Positions 9,601-24,600 of a stretch of 64,000 nucleotides of DNA are shown piece after piece; positions within the stretch are counted from its first letter, which is position 1; every line of letters starts with the position of its first letter. Made by a program: the position numbers and the translations under genes. The notes under the pieces are model-generated. The model was given only the letters and a program-made list of their open reading frames with translations. It ran no database searches and had not been told where the DNA came from. Source of the DNA: Azolla caroliniana (lineage: Eukaryota; Plantae; Polypodiophyta); contig JBHGNT010000156.1 of the NCBI GenBank assembly GCA_043228905.1, positions 307 through 64,306 on the forward strand, read 5' to 3'.

Positions 9601-12600
9601 ATGTTTGCTAATTTCGTCATGTCTCTCGACCTGAGTTTCAAAATCTTGATTTATTAATTCCATATCATAGCTAGGGTTGTTAGCTTCGATTCGCATGTTT
9701 GGACACAAAAATCCGATATCACAGGAGCCAGGTATGAACATTTTAATTTACGCAAGGGCTGCTCTCAACTCACTCCTCAAATTTTGTAATTTCGTCATGT
9801 ATCTCGACCTGAGTTTAAAAATCTTGATAAATTAATTCTATATCATAGCTAGCGTTGTTAGCTTTGATTCGCATGTTTGGACACAAAAATCCGATATGAC
9901 ACGAGCCAGGTATGAACATTTTAATTTACTCACGGGCTCCTCTCAACTCACTCCTCAAATTTGGTAATTTCGTCATGTCTCTCGACCTGAGTTTCAAAAT
10001 CTTGATTTTTGAATTCCATATCATAGCTAGCGTTGTTAGCTTCGATTCGCATGTTTGAACACAAAAATCCGATATCACACGAGCCAGGTATGAACATTTT
10101 AATTTACTCAAGGGCTGCTCTCAACTCACTCCTCAAATTTTGTAATTTCGTCATGTATCTCGACCTGAGTTTAAAAATCTTGATAAATTAATTCCATATC
10201 ATAGCTAGCGTTGTTAGCTTCGATTCGCATGTTTGGACACAAAAATCCGATATTACACGAGCCAGGTATGAACATTTTAATTTACTCAAGGGCTCCTCTC
10301 AACTCACTACTCATGTTTGGTAATTTCATCAGGTCTCTCGACCTGAGTTTCAAAATCTTGATTTATTAATTCCATATCATAGCTAGCGTTGGTAGCTTTG
10401 ATTCGCATGTTTGAACACAAAATCCCGATATCACACGAGCCAGGTATGAACATTTTAATTTACTCAAGGGCTCCTCTCAACTCACTACTCATGTTTGCTA
10501 ATTTCGTCATGTCTCTCGACCTGAGTTTCAAAATCTTGATTTTTTAATTCCATATCATAGCTAGCGTTGTTAGCTTCGATTCGCATGTTTGAACACAAAA
10601 ATCCGATATCACACGAGCCAGGTATGAACATTTTAATTTACATACGAGCTCTTCTCAACTCACTCCTCAAATTTGGTAATTTCGTCATGTCTCTCGACCT
10701 GAGTTTCAAAATCTTGATTTTTTAATTCCATATCATAGCTAGCGTTGTTAGCTTTGATTCGCATGTTTGAACACAAAAATCGGATATCACACGAGCTAGG
10801 TATGAACATTTTAATTTACTCAAGCGCTCCTCTCAACTCACTCCTCAAATTTGGTAATTTCGTCATGTGTCTCGACCTGAGTTTCAAAATCTTGAGTTTT
10901 TAATTCAATATCATAGCTAGCGTTGTTAGCTTCGATTCGCATGTTTGAACACAAAAATCCGATATGACACGAGCCAGGTATGAACATTTTAATTTACTCA
11001 CGGGCTCCTCTCAACTCACTCCTCAAATTTGGTAATTTCGTCATGTCTCTCGACCTGAGTTTCGAAATCTTGATTTTTGAATTCCATATCATAGCTAGCG
11101 TTGTTAGCTTCGATTCGCATGTTTGGACACAAAAATCCGATATTACACGAGCCAGGTATGAACATTTTAATTTACTCAAGGGCTCCTCTCAACTCACTAC
11201 TCATGTTTGGTAATTTCATCAGGTCTCTCGACCTGAGTTTCAAAATCTTGATTTATTAATTCCATATCATAGCTAGCGTTGGTAGCTTCGATTCGCATGT
11301 TTGAACACAAAAATCCGATATCACACGAGCCAGGTATGAACATTTTAATTTACTCAAGGGTTCCTCTCAACTCACTCCTCAAATTTGGTAATTTCATCAT
11401 GTCTCTCGACCTGAGTTTAAAAATCTTGATTTATAAATTCCATATCATAGCTAGCGTTGTTAGCTTCGATTCGCATGTTTGAACACAAAAATCCGATATC
11501 ACACGAGCCAGGTATGAACATTTTAATTTACTCAAGGGCTCCTCTCAACTCACTGCTCAAATTTGGTAATTTCGTCATGTCTCTCGACCTGAGTTTCAAA
11601 ATCTTGATTTTTGAATTCCATATCATAGCTAGCGTTGTTAGCTTCGATTCCCATGTTTGAACACAAAAATCCGATATCACACGAGCCAGGTATGAACATT
11701 TTAATTTACTCACGGGCTCCTCTCAACTCACTCCTCAAATTTGGTAATTTCGTCATGTCTCTCGACCTGAGTTTCAAAATCTTGATTTTTGAATTCCATA
11801 TCATAGCTAGCGTTGTTAGCTTCGATTCGCATGTTTGAACACAAAAATCCGATATCACACGAGCCAGGTATGAACATTTTAATTTACTCAAGGGCTCCTC
11901 TCAACTCACTACTCATGTTTGCTAATTTCGTCATGTCTCTCGACCTGAATTTCAAAATCTTGATTTATTAATTCCATATCATAGCTAGCGTTGTTAGCTT
12001 CGATTCGCATGTTTGAACACAAAAATCCGATATCACACGAGCCAGGTATGAACATTTTAATTTACTCAAGCGCTCCTCTCAACTCACTACTCATGTTTGC
12101 TAATTTCGTCATGTCTCTCGACCTGAGTTTCAAAATCTTGATTTTTGAATTCCATATCATAGCTAGCGTTGTTAGCTTCGATTCGCATGTTTGAACACAA
12201 AAATCCGATATCACACGAGCCAGGTATGAACATTTTAATTTACTCAAGGGCTGCTCTCAACTCACTCCTCAAATTTTGTAATTTCGTCATGTATCTCGAC
12301 CTGAGTTTAAAAATCTTGATAAATTAATTCCATATCATAGCTAGCGTTGTTAGCTTCGATTCGCATGTTTGGACACAAAAATCCGATATTACACGAGCCA
12401 GGTATGAACATTTTAATTTACTCAAGGGCTCCTCTCAACTCACTACTCATGTTTGGTAATTTCATCAGGTCTCTCGACCTGAGTTTCAAAATCTTGATTT
12501 ATTAATTCCATATCATAGCTAGCGTTGGTAGCTTTGATTCGCATGTTTGAACACAAAAATCCGATATCACACGAGCCAGGTATGAACATTTTAATTTACT

Positions 12601-15600
12601 CAAGGGTTCCTCTCAACTCACTCCTCAAATTTGGTAATTTCATCATGTCTCTCGACCTGAGTTTAAAAATCTTGATTTATTAATTCCATATCATAGCTAG
12701 CGTTGTTAGCTTCGATTCGCATGTTTGAACACAAAAATCCGATATCACACGAGCCAGGTAGGAACATTTTAATTTACTCAAGGGCTCCTCTCAACTCACT
12801 ACTCCTGTTTGCTAATTTCGTCATGTCTCTCGACCTGAGTTTCAAAATCTTGATTTTTGAATTCCATATCATAGCTAGCGTTGTTAGCTTCGATTCGCAT
12901 GTTTGAACACAAAAATCCGATATCACACGAGCCAGGTATGAACATTTTAATTTACATACGAGCTCTTCTCAACTCACTCCTCAAATTTGGTAATTTCGTC
13001 ATGTCTCTCGACCTGAGTTTCAAAATCTTGATTTTTTAATTCCATATCATAGCTAGCGTTGTTAGCTTTGATTCGCATGTTTGAACACAAAAATCGGATA
13101 TCACACGAGCTAGGTATGAACATTTTAATTTACTCAAGCGCTCCTCTCAACTCACTCCTCAAATTTGGTAATTTCGTCATGTGTCTCGACCTGAGTTTCA
13201 AAATCTTGAGTTTTTAATTCAATATCATAGCTAGCGTTGTTAGCTTCGATTCGCAAGTTTGAACACAAAAATCCGATATGACACGAGCCAGGTATGAACA
13301 TTTTAATTTACTCACGGGCTCCTCTCAACTCACTCCTCAAATTTGGTAATTTCGTCATGTCTCTCGACCTGAGTTTCAAAATCTTGATTTTTGAATTCCA
13401 TATCATAGCTAGCGTTGTTAGCTTCGATTCGCATGTTTGAACACAAAAATCCGATATCACACGAGCCAGGTATGAACATTTTAATTTACTCAAGGGCTCC
13501 TCTCAACTCACTACTCATGTTTGCTAATTTCGTCATGTCTCTCGACCTGAATTTCAAAATCTTGATTTTTGAATTCCATATCATAGCTAGCGTTGTTAGC
13601 TTCGATTCGCATGTTTGAACACAAAAATCCGATATCACACGAGCCAGGTATGAACATTTTAATTTACTCAAGGGCTCTTCTCAACTCACTACTCATGTTT
13701 GCTAATTTCGTCATGTCTCTCGACCTGAGTTTCAAAATCTTGATTTTTGAATTCCATATCATAGCTAGGGTTGTTATCTTCGATTCGCATGTTTGGACAC
13801 AAAAATCCGATATCACAGGAGCCAGGTATGAACATTTTAATTTACGCAAGGGCTGCTCTCAACTCACTCCTCAAATTTGGTAATTTCATCAGGTCTCTCG
13901 ACCTGAGTTTCAAAATCTTGATTTTTTAATTCCATATCATAGCTAGCGTTGTTAGCTTCGATTCGCATGTTTGAACACAAAAATCCGATATCACACGAGC
14001 CAGGTATGAACATTTTAATTTACATACGAGCTCTTCTCAACTCACTCCTCAAATTTGGTAATTTCGTCATGTCTCTCGACCTGAGTTTCAAAATCTTGAT
14101 TTTTTAATTCCATATCATAGCTAGCGTTGTTAGCTTTGATTCGCATGTTTGAACACAAAAATCGGATATCACACGAGCTAGGTATGAACATTTTAATTTA
14201 CTCAAGCGCTCCTCTCAACTCACTCCTCAAATTTGGTAATTTCGTCATGTGTCTCGACCTGAGTTTCAAAATCTTGAGTTTTTAATTCAATATCATAGCT
14301 AGCGTTGTTAGCTTCGATTCGCATGTTTGAACACAAAAATCCGATATGACACGAGCCAGGTATGAACATTTTAATTTACTCACGGGCTCCTCTCAACTCA
14401 CTCCTCAAATTTGGTAATTTCGTCATGTCTCTCGACCTGAGTTTCAAAATCTTGATTTTTGAATTCCATATCATAGCTAGCGTTGTTAGCTTCGATTCGC
14501 ATGTTTGAACACAAAAATCCGATATCACACGAGCCAGGTATGAACATTTTAATTTACTCAAGGGCTCTTCTCAACTCACTACTCATGTTTGCTAATTTCG
14601 TCATGTCTCTCGACCTGAGTTTCAAAATCTTGATTTATAAATTCCATATCATAGCTAGGGTTGTTAGCTTCGATTCGCATGTTTGGACACAAAAATCCGA
14701 TATCACAGGAGCCAGGTATGAACATTTTAATTTACGCAAGGGCTGCTCTCAACTCACTCCTCAAATTTGGTAATTTCATCAGGTCTCTCGACCTGAGTTT
14801 CAAAATCTTGATTTTTTAATTCCATATCATAGCTAGCGTTGTTAGCTTCGATTCGCATGTTTGAACACAAAAATCCGATATCACACGAGCCAGGTATGAA
14901 CATTTTAATTTACTCAAGCGCTCCTCTCAACTCACTACTCATGTTTGCTAATTTCGTCATGTCTCTCGACCTGAGTTTCAAAATCTTGATTTTTGAATTC
15001 CATATCATAGCTAGCGTTGTTAGCTTCGATTCGCATGTTTGAACACAAAAATCCGATATCACACGAGCCAGGTATGAACATTTTAATTTACTCAAGGGCT
15101 GCTCTCAACTCACTCCTCAAATTTTGTAATTTCGTCATGTATCTCGACCTGAGTTTAAAAATCTTGATAAATTAATTCCATATCATAGCTAGCGTTGTTA
15201 GCTTCGATTCGCATGTTTGGACACAAAAATCCGATATTACACGAGCCAGGTATGAACATTTTAATTTACTCAAGGGCTCCTCTCAACTCACTACTCATGT
15301 TTGGTAATTTCATCAGGTCTCTCGACCTGAGTTTCAAAATCTTAATTTATTAATTCCATATCATAGCTAGCGTTGGTAGCTTTGATTCGCATGTTTGAAC
15401 ACAAAAATCCGATATCACACGAGCCAGGTATGAACATTTTAATTTACTCAAGGGTTCCTCTCAACTCACTCCTCAAATTTGGTAATTTCATCATGTCTCT
15501 CGACCTGAGTTTAAAAATCTTGATTTATTAATTCCATATCATAGCTAGCGTTGTTAGCTTCGATTCGCATGTTTGAACACAAAAATCCGATATCACACGA

Positions 15601-18600
15601 GCCAGGTAGGAACATTTTAATTTACTCAAGGGCTCCTCTCAACTCACTACTCATGTTTGCTAATTTCGTCATGTCTCTCGACCTGAGTTTCAAAATCTTG
15701 ATTTTTGAATTCCATATCATAGCTAGCGTTGTTAGCTTCGATTCGCATGTTTGAACACAAAAATCCGATATCACACGAGCCAGGTATGAACATTTTAATT
15801 TACTCAAGGGTTCCTCTCAACTCACTCCTCAAATTTGGTAATTTCATCATGTCTCTCGACCTGAGTTTAAAAATCTTGATTTATTAATTCCATATCATAG
15901 CTAGCGTTGGTAGCTTTGATTCGCATGTTTGGACACAAAAATCCGATATCACAGGAGCCAGGTATGAACATTTTAATTTACGCAAGGGCTGCTCTCAACT
16001 CACTCCTCAAATTTGGTAATTTCATCAGGTCTCTCGACCTGAGTTTCAAAATCTTGATTTTTTAATTCCATATCATAGCTAGCGTTGTTAGCTTCGATTC
16101 GAATGTTTGAACACAAAAATCCGATATCACACGAGCCAGGTATGAACATTTTAATTTACATACGAGCTCTTCTCAACTCACTCCTCAAATTTGGTAATTT
16201 CGTCATGTCTCTCGACCTGAGTTTCAAAATCTTGATTTTTTAATTCCATATCATAGCTAGCGTTGTTAGCTTTGATTCGCATGTTTGAACACAAAAATCG
16301 GATATCACACGAGCTAGGTATGAACATTTTAATTTACTCAAGCGCTCCTCTCAACTCACTCCTCAAATTTGGTAATTTCGTCATGTGTCTCGACCTGAGT
16401 TTCAAAATCTTGAGTTTTTAATTCAATATCATAGCTAGCGTTGTTAGCTTCGATTCGCATGTTTGAACACAAAAATCCGATATGACACGAGCCAGGTATG
16501 AACATTTTAATTTACTCACGGGCTCCTCTCAACTCACTCCTCAAATTTGGTAATTTCGTCATGTCTCTCGACCTGAGTTTCAAAATCTTGATTTTTGAAT
16601 TCCATATCATAGCTAGCGTTGTTAGCTTCGATTCGCATGTTTGAACACAAAAATCCGATATCACACGAGCCAGGTATGAACATTTTAATTTACTCAAGGG
16701 CTCTTCTCAACTCACTACTCATGTTTGCTAATTTCGTCATGTCTCTCGACCTGAGTTTCAAAATCTTGATTTATTAATTCCATATCATAGCTAGGGTTGT
16801 TAGCTTCGATTCGCATGTTTGGACACAAAAATCCGATATCACAGGAGCCAGGTATGAACATTTTAATTTACGCAAGGGCTGCTCTCAACTCACTCCTCAA
16901 ATTTGGTAATTTCATCAGGTCTCTCGACCTGAGTTTCAAAATCTTGATTTTTTAATTCCATATCATAGCTAGCGTTGTTAGCTTCGATTCGCATGTTTGA
17001 ACACAAAAATCCGATATCACACGAGCCAGGTATGAACATTTTAATTTACTCAAGGGCTCTTCTCAACTCACTACTCATGTTTGCTAATTTCGTCATGTCT
17101 CTCGACCTGAGTTTCAAAATCTTGATTTATTAATTCCATATCATAGCTAGGGTTGTTAGCTTCGATTCGCATGTTTGGACACAAAAATCCGATATCACAG
17201 GAGCCAGGTATGAACATTTTAATTTACGCAAGGGCTGCTCTCAACTCACTCCTCAAATTTTGTAATTTCGTCATGTATCTCGACCTGAGTTTAAAAATCT
17301 TGATAAATTAATTCTATATCATAGCTAGCGTTGTTAGCTTTGATTCGCATGTTTGGACACAAAAATCCGATATGACACGAGCCAGGTATGAACATTTTAA
17401 TTTACTCACGGGCTCCTCTCAACTCACTCCTCAAATTTGGTAATTTCGTCATGTCTCTCGACCTGAGTTTCAAAATCTTGATTTTTGAATTCCATATCAT
17501 AGCTAGCGTTGTTAGCTTCGATTCGCATGTTTGAACACAAAAATCCGATATCACACGAGCCAGGTATGAACATTTTAATTTACTCAAGGGCTGCTCTCAA
17601 CTCACTCCTCAAATTTTGTAATTTCGTCATGTATCTCGACCTGAGTTTAAAAATCTTGATAAATTAATTCCATATCATAGCTAGCGTTGTTAGCTTCGAT
17701 TCGCATGTTTGGACACAAAAATCCGATATTACACGAGCCAGGTATGAACATTTTAATTTACTCAAGGGCTCCTCTCAACTCACTACTCATGTTTGGTAAT
17801 TTCATCAGGTCTCTCGACCTGAGTTTCAAAATCTTGATTTATTAATTCCATATCATAGCTAGCGTTGGTAGCTTTGATTCGCATGTTTGAACACAAAATC
17901 CCGATATCACACGAGCCAGGTATGAACATTTTAATTTACTCAAGGGCTCCTCTCAACTCACTACTCATGTTTGCTAATTTCGTCATGTCTCTCGACCTGA
18001 GTTTCAAAATCTTGATTTTTTAATTCCATATCATAGCTAGCGTTGTTAGCTTCGATTCGCATGTTTGAACACAAAAATCCGATATCACACGAGCCAGGTA
18101 TGAACATTTTAATTTACATACGAGCTCTTCTCAACTCACTCCTCAAATTTGGTAATTTCGTCATGTCTCTCGACCTGAGTTTCAAAATCTTGATTTTTTA
18201 ATTCCATATCATAGCTAGCGTTGTTAGCTTTGATTCGCATGTTTGAACACAAAAATCGGATATCACACGAGCTAGGTATGAACATTTTAATTTACTCAAG
18301 CGCTCCTCTCAACTCACTCCTCAAATTTGGTAATTTCGTCATGTGTCTCGACCTGAGTTTCAAAATCTTGAGTTTTTAATTCAATATCATAGCTAGCGTT
18401 GTTAGCTTCGATTCGCATGTTTGAACACAAAAATCCGATATGACACGAGCCAGGTATGAACATTTTAATTTACTCACGGGCTCCTCTCAACTCACTCCTC
18501 AAATTTGGTAATTTCGTCATGTCTCTCGACCTGAGTTTCGAAATCTTGATTTTTGAATTCCATATCATAGCTAGCGTTGTTAGCTTCGATTCGCATGTTT

Positions 18601-18601
18601 G
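3605..18601. repeat. Higher-order repeat: 42-monomer (7476 bp) block in two tandem copies
   Basis: Rare variants recur at +7476: cactGctc 4079/11555, attcCcatg 4175/11651, cgcaAgttt 5780/13256, attcgAatg 8626/16102, attcTata 9839/17315, ttcGaaat 11064/18540. Confidence 0.93.
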
Positions 18602-21600
18602 AACACAAAAATCCGATATCACACGAGCCAGGTATGAACATTTTAATTTACTCAAGGGCTCCTCTCAACTCACTACTCATGTTTGCTAATTTCGTCATGT
18701 CTCTCGACCTGAATTTCAAAATCTTGATTTTTGAATTCCATATCATAGCTAGCGTTGTTAGCTTCGATTCGCATGTTTGAACACAAAAATCCGATATCAC
18801 ACGAGCCAGGTATGAACATTTTAATTTACTCAAGGGCTCTTCTCAACTCACTACTCATGTTTGCTAATTTCGTCATGTCTCTCGACCTGAGTTTCAAAAT
18901 CTTGATTTTTTAATTCCATATCATAGCTAGGGTTGTGAGCTTCGATTCGCATGTTTGGACACAAAAATCCGATATCACAGGAGCCAGGTATGAACATTTT
19001 AATTTACGCAAGGGCTGCTCTCAACTCACTCCTCAAATTTGGTAATTTCATCAGGTCTCTCGACCTGAGTTTCAAAATCTTGATTTTTTAATTCCATATC
19101 ATAGCTAGCGTTGTTAGCTTCGATTCGCATGTTTGAACACAAAAATCCGATATCACACGAGCCAGGTATGAACATTTTAATTTACTCAAGCGCTCCTCTC
19201 AACTCACTACTCATGTTTGCTAATTTCGTCATGTCTCTCGACCTGAGTTTCAAAATCTTGATTTTTGAATTCCATATCATAGCTAGCGTTGTTAGCTTCG
19301 ATTCGCATGTTTGAACACAAAAATCCGATATCACACGAGCCAGGTATGAACATTTTAATTTACTCAAGGGCTCCTCTCAACTCACTCCTCAAATTTTGTA
19401 ATTTCGTCATGTATCTCGACCTGAGTTTAAAAATCTTGATAAATTAATTCCATATCATAGCTAGCGTTGTTAGCTTCGATTCGCATGTTTGGACACAAAA
19501 ATCCGATATTACACGAGCCAGGTATGAACATTTTAATTTACTCAAGGGCTCCTCTCAACTCACTACTCATGTTTGGTAATTTCATCAGGTCTCTCGACCT
19601 GAGTTTCAAAATCTTGATTTATTAATTCCATATCATAGCTAGCGTTGTTAGCTTCGATTCGCATGTTTGAACAAAAAAATCCGATATCACACGAGCCAGG
19701 TATGAACATTTTAATTTACTCAAGGGCTCCTCTCAACTCACTGCTCATGTTTGCTAATTTCGTCATGTCTCTCGACCTGAGTTTCAAAATCTTGATTTTT
19801 GAATTCCATATCATAGCTAGCGTTGTTAGCTTCGATTCACATGTTTGAACACAAAAATCCGATATCACACGAGCCAGGTATGAACATTTTAATTTACTCA
19901 AGGGCTGCTCTCAACTCACTCCTCAAATTTTGTAATTTCGTCATGTATCTCGACCTGAGTTTAAAAATCTTGATAAATTAATTCCATATCATAGCTAGCG
20001 TTGTTAATTTCAACTCATGTTTGCTAATTTCGTCATGTCTCTCGACCTGAGTTTCAAAATCTTGATTTTTGAATTCCATATCATAGCTAGCGTTGTTAGC
20101 TTCGATTCGCATGTTTGAACACAAAAATCCGATATGACACGAGCCAGGTATGAACATTTTAATTTACTCACGGGCTCCTCTCAACTCACTCCTCAAATTT
20201 GGTAATTTCGTCATGTCTCTCGACCTGAGTTTCAAAATCTTGATTTTTGAATTCCATATCATAGCTAGCGTTGTTAGCTTCGATTCGCATGTTTGAACAC
20301 AAAAATCCGATATCACACGAGCCAGGTATGAACATTTTAATTTACTCAAGGGCTCCTCTTAACTCACTACTCATGTTTGCTAATTTCGTCATGTCTCTCG
20401 ACCTGAATTTCAAAATCTTGATTTTTGAATTCCATATCATAGCTAGCGTTGTTAGCTTCGATTCGCATGTTTGAACACAAAAATCCGATATCACACGAGC
20501 CAGGTATGAACATTTTAATTTACTCAAGGGCTCTTCTCAACTCACTACTCATGTTTGCTAATTTCGTCATGTCTCTCGACCTGAGTTTCAAAATCTTGAT
20601 TTTTGAATTCCATATCATAGCTAGGGTTGTTAGCTTCGATTCGCATGTTTGGACACAAAAATCCGATATCACAGGAGCCAGGTATGAACATTTTAATTTA
20701 CGCAAGGGCTGCTCTCAACTCACTCCTCAAATTTGGTAATTTCATCAGGTCTCTCGACCTGAGTTTCAAAATCTTGATTTTTTAATTCCATATCATAGCT
20801 AGCGTTGTTAGCTTCGATTCGCATGTTTGAACACAAAAATCCGATATCACACGAGCCAGGTATGAACATTTTAATTTACTCAAGCGCTCCTCTCAACTCA
20901 CTACTCATGTTTGCTAATTTCGTCATGTCTCTCGACCTGAGTTTCAAAATCTTGATTTTTGAATTCCATATCATAGCTAGCGTTGTTAGCTTCGATTCGC
21001 ATGTTTGAACACAAAAATCCGATATCACACGAGCCAGGTATGAACATTTTAATTTACTCAAGGGCTGCTCTCAACTCACTCCTCAAATTTTGTAATTTCG
21101 TCATGTATCTCGACCTGAGTTTAAAAATCTTGATAAATTAATTCCATATCATAGCTAGCGTTGTTAGCTTCGATTCGCATGTTTGGACACAAAAATCCGA
21201 TATTACACGAGCCAGGTATGAACATTTTAATTTACTCAAGGGCTCCTCTCAACTCACTACTCATGTTTGGTAATTTCATCAGGTCTCTCGACCTGAGTTT
21301 CAAAATCTTGATTTATTAATTCCATATCATAGCTAGCGTTGGTAGCTTTGATTCGCATGTTTGAACACAAAAATCCGATATCACACGAGCCAGGTATGAA
21401 CATTTTAATTTACTCAAGGGCTCCTCTCAACTCACTACTCATGTTTGCTAATTTCGTCATGTCTCTCGACCTGAGTTTCAAAATCTTGATTTTTGAATTC
21501 CATATCATAGCTAGCGTTGTTAGCTTCGATTCGCATGTTTGAACACAAAAATCCGATATCACACGAGCCAGGTATGAACATTTTAATTTACATACGAGCT

Positions 21601-24600
21601 CTTCTCAACTCACTCCTCAAATTTGGTAATTTCGTCATGTCTCTCGACCTGAGTTTCAAAATCTTGATTTTTTAATTCCATATCATAGCTAGCGTTGTTA
21701 GCTTTGATTCGCATGTTTGAACACAAAAATCGGATATCACACGAGCTAGGTATGAACATTTTAATTTACTCAAGCGCTCCTCTCAACTCACTCCTCAAAT
21801 TTGGTAATTTCGTCATGTGTCTCGACCTGAGTTTCAAAATCTTGAGTTTTTAATTCAATATCATAGCTAGCGTTGTTAGCTTCGATTCGCATGTTTGAAC
21901 ACAAAAATCCGATATGACACGAGCCAGGTATGAACATTTTAATTTACTCACGGGCTCCTCTCAACTCACTCCTCAAATTTGGTAATTTCGTCATGTCTCT
22001 CGACCTGAGTTTCAAAATCTTGATTTTTGAATTCCATATCATAGCTAGCGTTGTTAGCTTCGATTCGCATGTTTGAACACAAAAATCCGATATCACACGA
22101 GCCAGGTATGAACATTTTAATTTACTCAAGGGCTCCTCTCAACTCACTACTCATGTTTGCTAATTTCGTCATGTCTCTCGACCTGAATTTCAAAATCTTG
22201 ATTTTTGAATTCCATATCATAGCTAGCGTTGTTAGCTTCGATTCGCATGTTTGAACACAAAAATCCGATATCACACGAGCCAGGTATGAACATTTTAATT
22301 TACTCAAGGGCTCTTCTCAACTCACTACTCATGTTTGCTAATTTCGTCATGTCTCTCGACCTGAGTTTCAAAATCTTGATTTTTGAATTCCATATCATAG
22401 CTAGGGTTGTTAGCTTCGATTCGCATGTTTGGACACAAAAATCCGATATCACAGGAGCCAGGTATGAACATTTTAATTTACGCAAGGGCTGCTCTCAACT
22501 CACTCCTCAAATTTGGTAATTTCATCAGGTCTCTCGACCTGAGTTTCAAAATCTTGATTTTTTAATTCCATATCATAGCTAGCGTTGTTAGCTTCGATTC
22601 GCATGTTTGAACACAAAAATCCGATATCACACGAGCCAGGTATGAACATTTTAATTTACTCAAGCGCTCCTCTCAACTCACTACTCATGTTTGCTAATTT
22701 CGTCATGTCTCTCGACCTGAGTTTCAAAATCTTGATTTTTGAATTCCATATCATAGCTAGCGTTGTTAGCTTCGATTCGCATGTTTGAACACAAAAATCC
22801 GATATCACACGAGCCAGGTATGAACATTTTAATTTACTCAAGGGCTCCTCTCAACTCACTACTCATGTTTGCTAATTTCGTCATGTCTCTTGACCTGAAT
22901 TTCAAAATCTTGATTTTTGAATTCCATATCATAGCTAGCGTTGTTAGCTTCGATTCGCATGTTTGAACACAAAAATCCGATATCACACGAGCCAGGTATG
23001 AACATTTTAATTTACTCAAGCGCTCCTCTCAACTCACTACTCATGTTTGCTAATTTCGTCATGTCTCTCGACCTGAGTTTCAAAATCTTGATTTTTGAAT
23101 TCCATATCATAGCTAGCATTGTTAGCTTCGATTCGCATGTTTGAACACAAAAATCCGATATCACACGAGCCAGGTATGAACATTTTAATTTACTCAAGGG
23201 CTACTCTCAACTCACTCCTCAAATTTTGTAATTTCGTCATGTATCTCGACCTGAGTTTGAAAATCTTGATAAATTAATTCCATATCATAGCTAGCGTTGT
23301 TAGCTTCGATTCGCATGTTTGGACACAAAAATCCGATATAACACGAGCCAGGTATGAACATTTTAATTTACTCAAGGGCTCCTCTCAACTCACTACTCAT
23401 GTTTGGTAATTTCATCAGGTCTCTCGACCTGAGTTTCAAAATCTTGATTTATTAATTCCATATCATAGCTAGCGTTGGTAGCTTTGATTCGCATGTTTGA
23501 ACACAAAAATCCGATATCACACGAGCCAGGTATGAACATTTTAATTTACTCAAGGGTTCCTCTCAACTCACTCCTCAAATTTGGTAATTTCATCATGTCT
23601 CTCGACCTGAGTTTAAAAATCTTGATTTATTAATTCCATATCATAGCTAGCGTTGTTAGCTTCGATTCGCATGTTTGAACACAAAAATCCGATATCACAC
23701 GAGCCAGGTAGGAACATTTTAATTTACTCAAGGGCTCCTCTCAACTCACTACTCATGTTTGCTAATTTCGTCATGTCTCTCGACCTGAGTTTCAAAATCT
23801 TGATTTTTGAATTCCATATCATAGCTAGCGTTGTTAGCTTCGATTCGCATGTTTGGACACAAAAATCCGATATCACAGGAGCCAGGTATGAACATTTTAA
23901 TTTACGCAAGGGCTGCTCTCAACTCACTCCTCAAATTTGGTAATTTCATCAGGTCTCTCGACCTGAGTTTCAAAATCTTGATTTTTTAATTCCATATCAT
24001 AGCTAGCGTTGTTAGCTTCGATTCGCATGTTTGAACACAAAAATCCGATATCACACGAGCCAGGTATGAACATTTTAATTTACTCAAGGGCTGCTCTCAA
24101 CTCACTCCTCAAATTTTGTAATTTCGTCATGTATCTCGACCTGAGTTTAAAAATCTTGATAAATTAATTCCATATCATAGCTAGCGTTGTTAGCTTCGAT
24201 TCGCATGTTTGGACACAAAAATCCGATATTACACGAGCCAGGTATGAACATTTTAATTTACTCAAGGGCTCCTCTCAACTCACTACTCATGTTTGGTAAT
24301 TTCATCAGGTCTCTCGACCTGAGTTTCAAAATCTTGATTTATTAATTCCATATCATAGCTAGCGTTGGTAGCTTTGATTCGCATGTTTGAACACAAAAAT
24401 CCGATATCACACGAGCCAGATATGAACATTTTAATTTACTCAAGGGCTCCTCTCAACTCACTCCTCAAATTTGGTAATTTCGTCATGTGTCTCGACCTGA
24501 GTTTCAAAATCGTGAGTTTTTAATTCAATATCATAGCTAGCGTTGTTAGCTTCGATTCGCATGTTTGAACACAAAAATCCGATATGACACGAGCCAGGTA

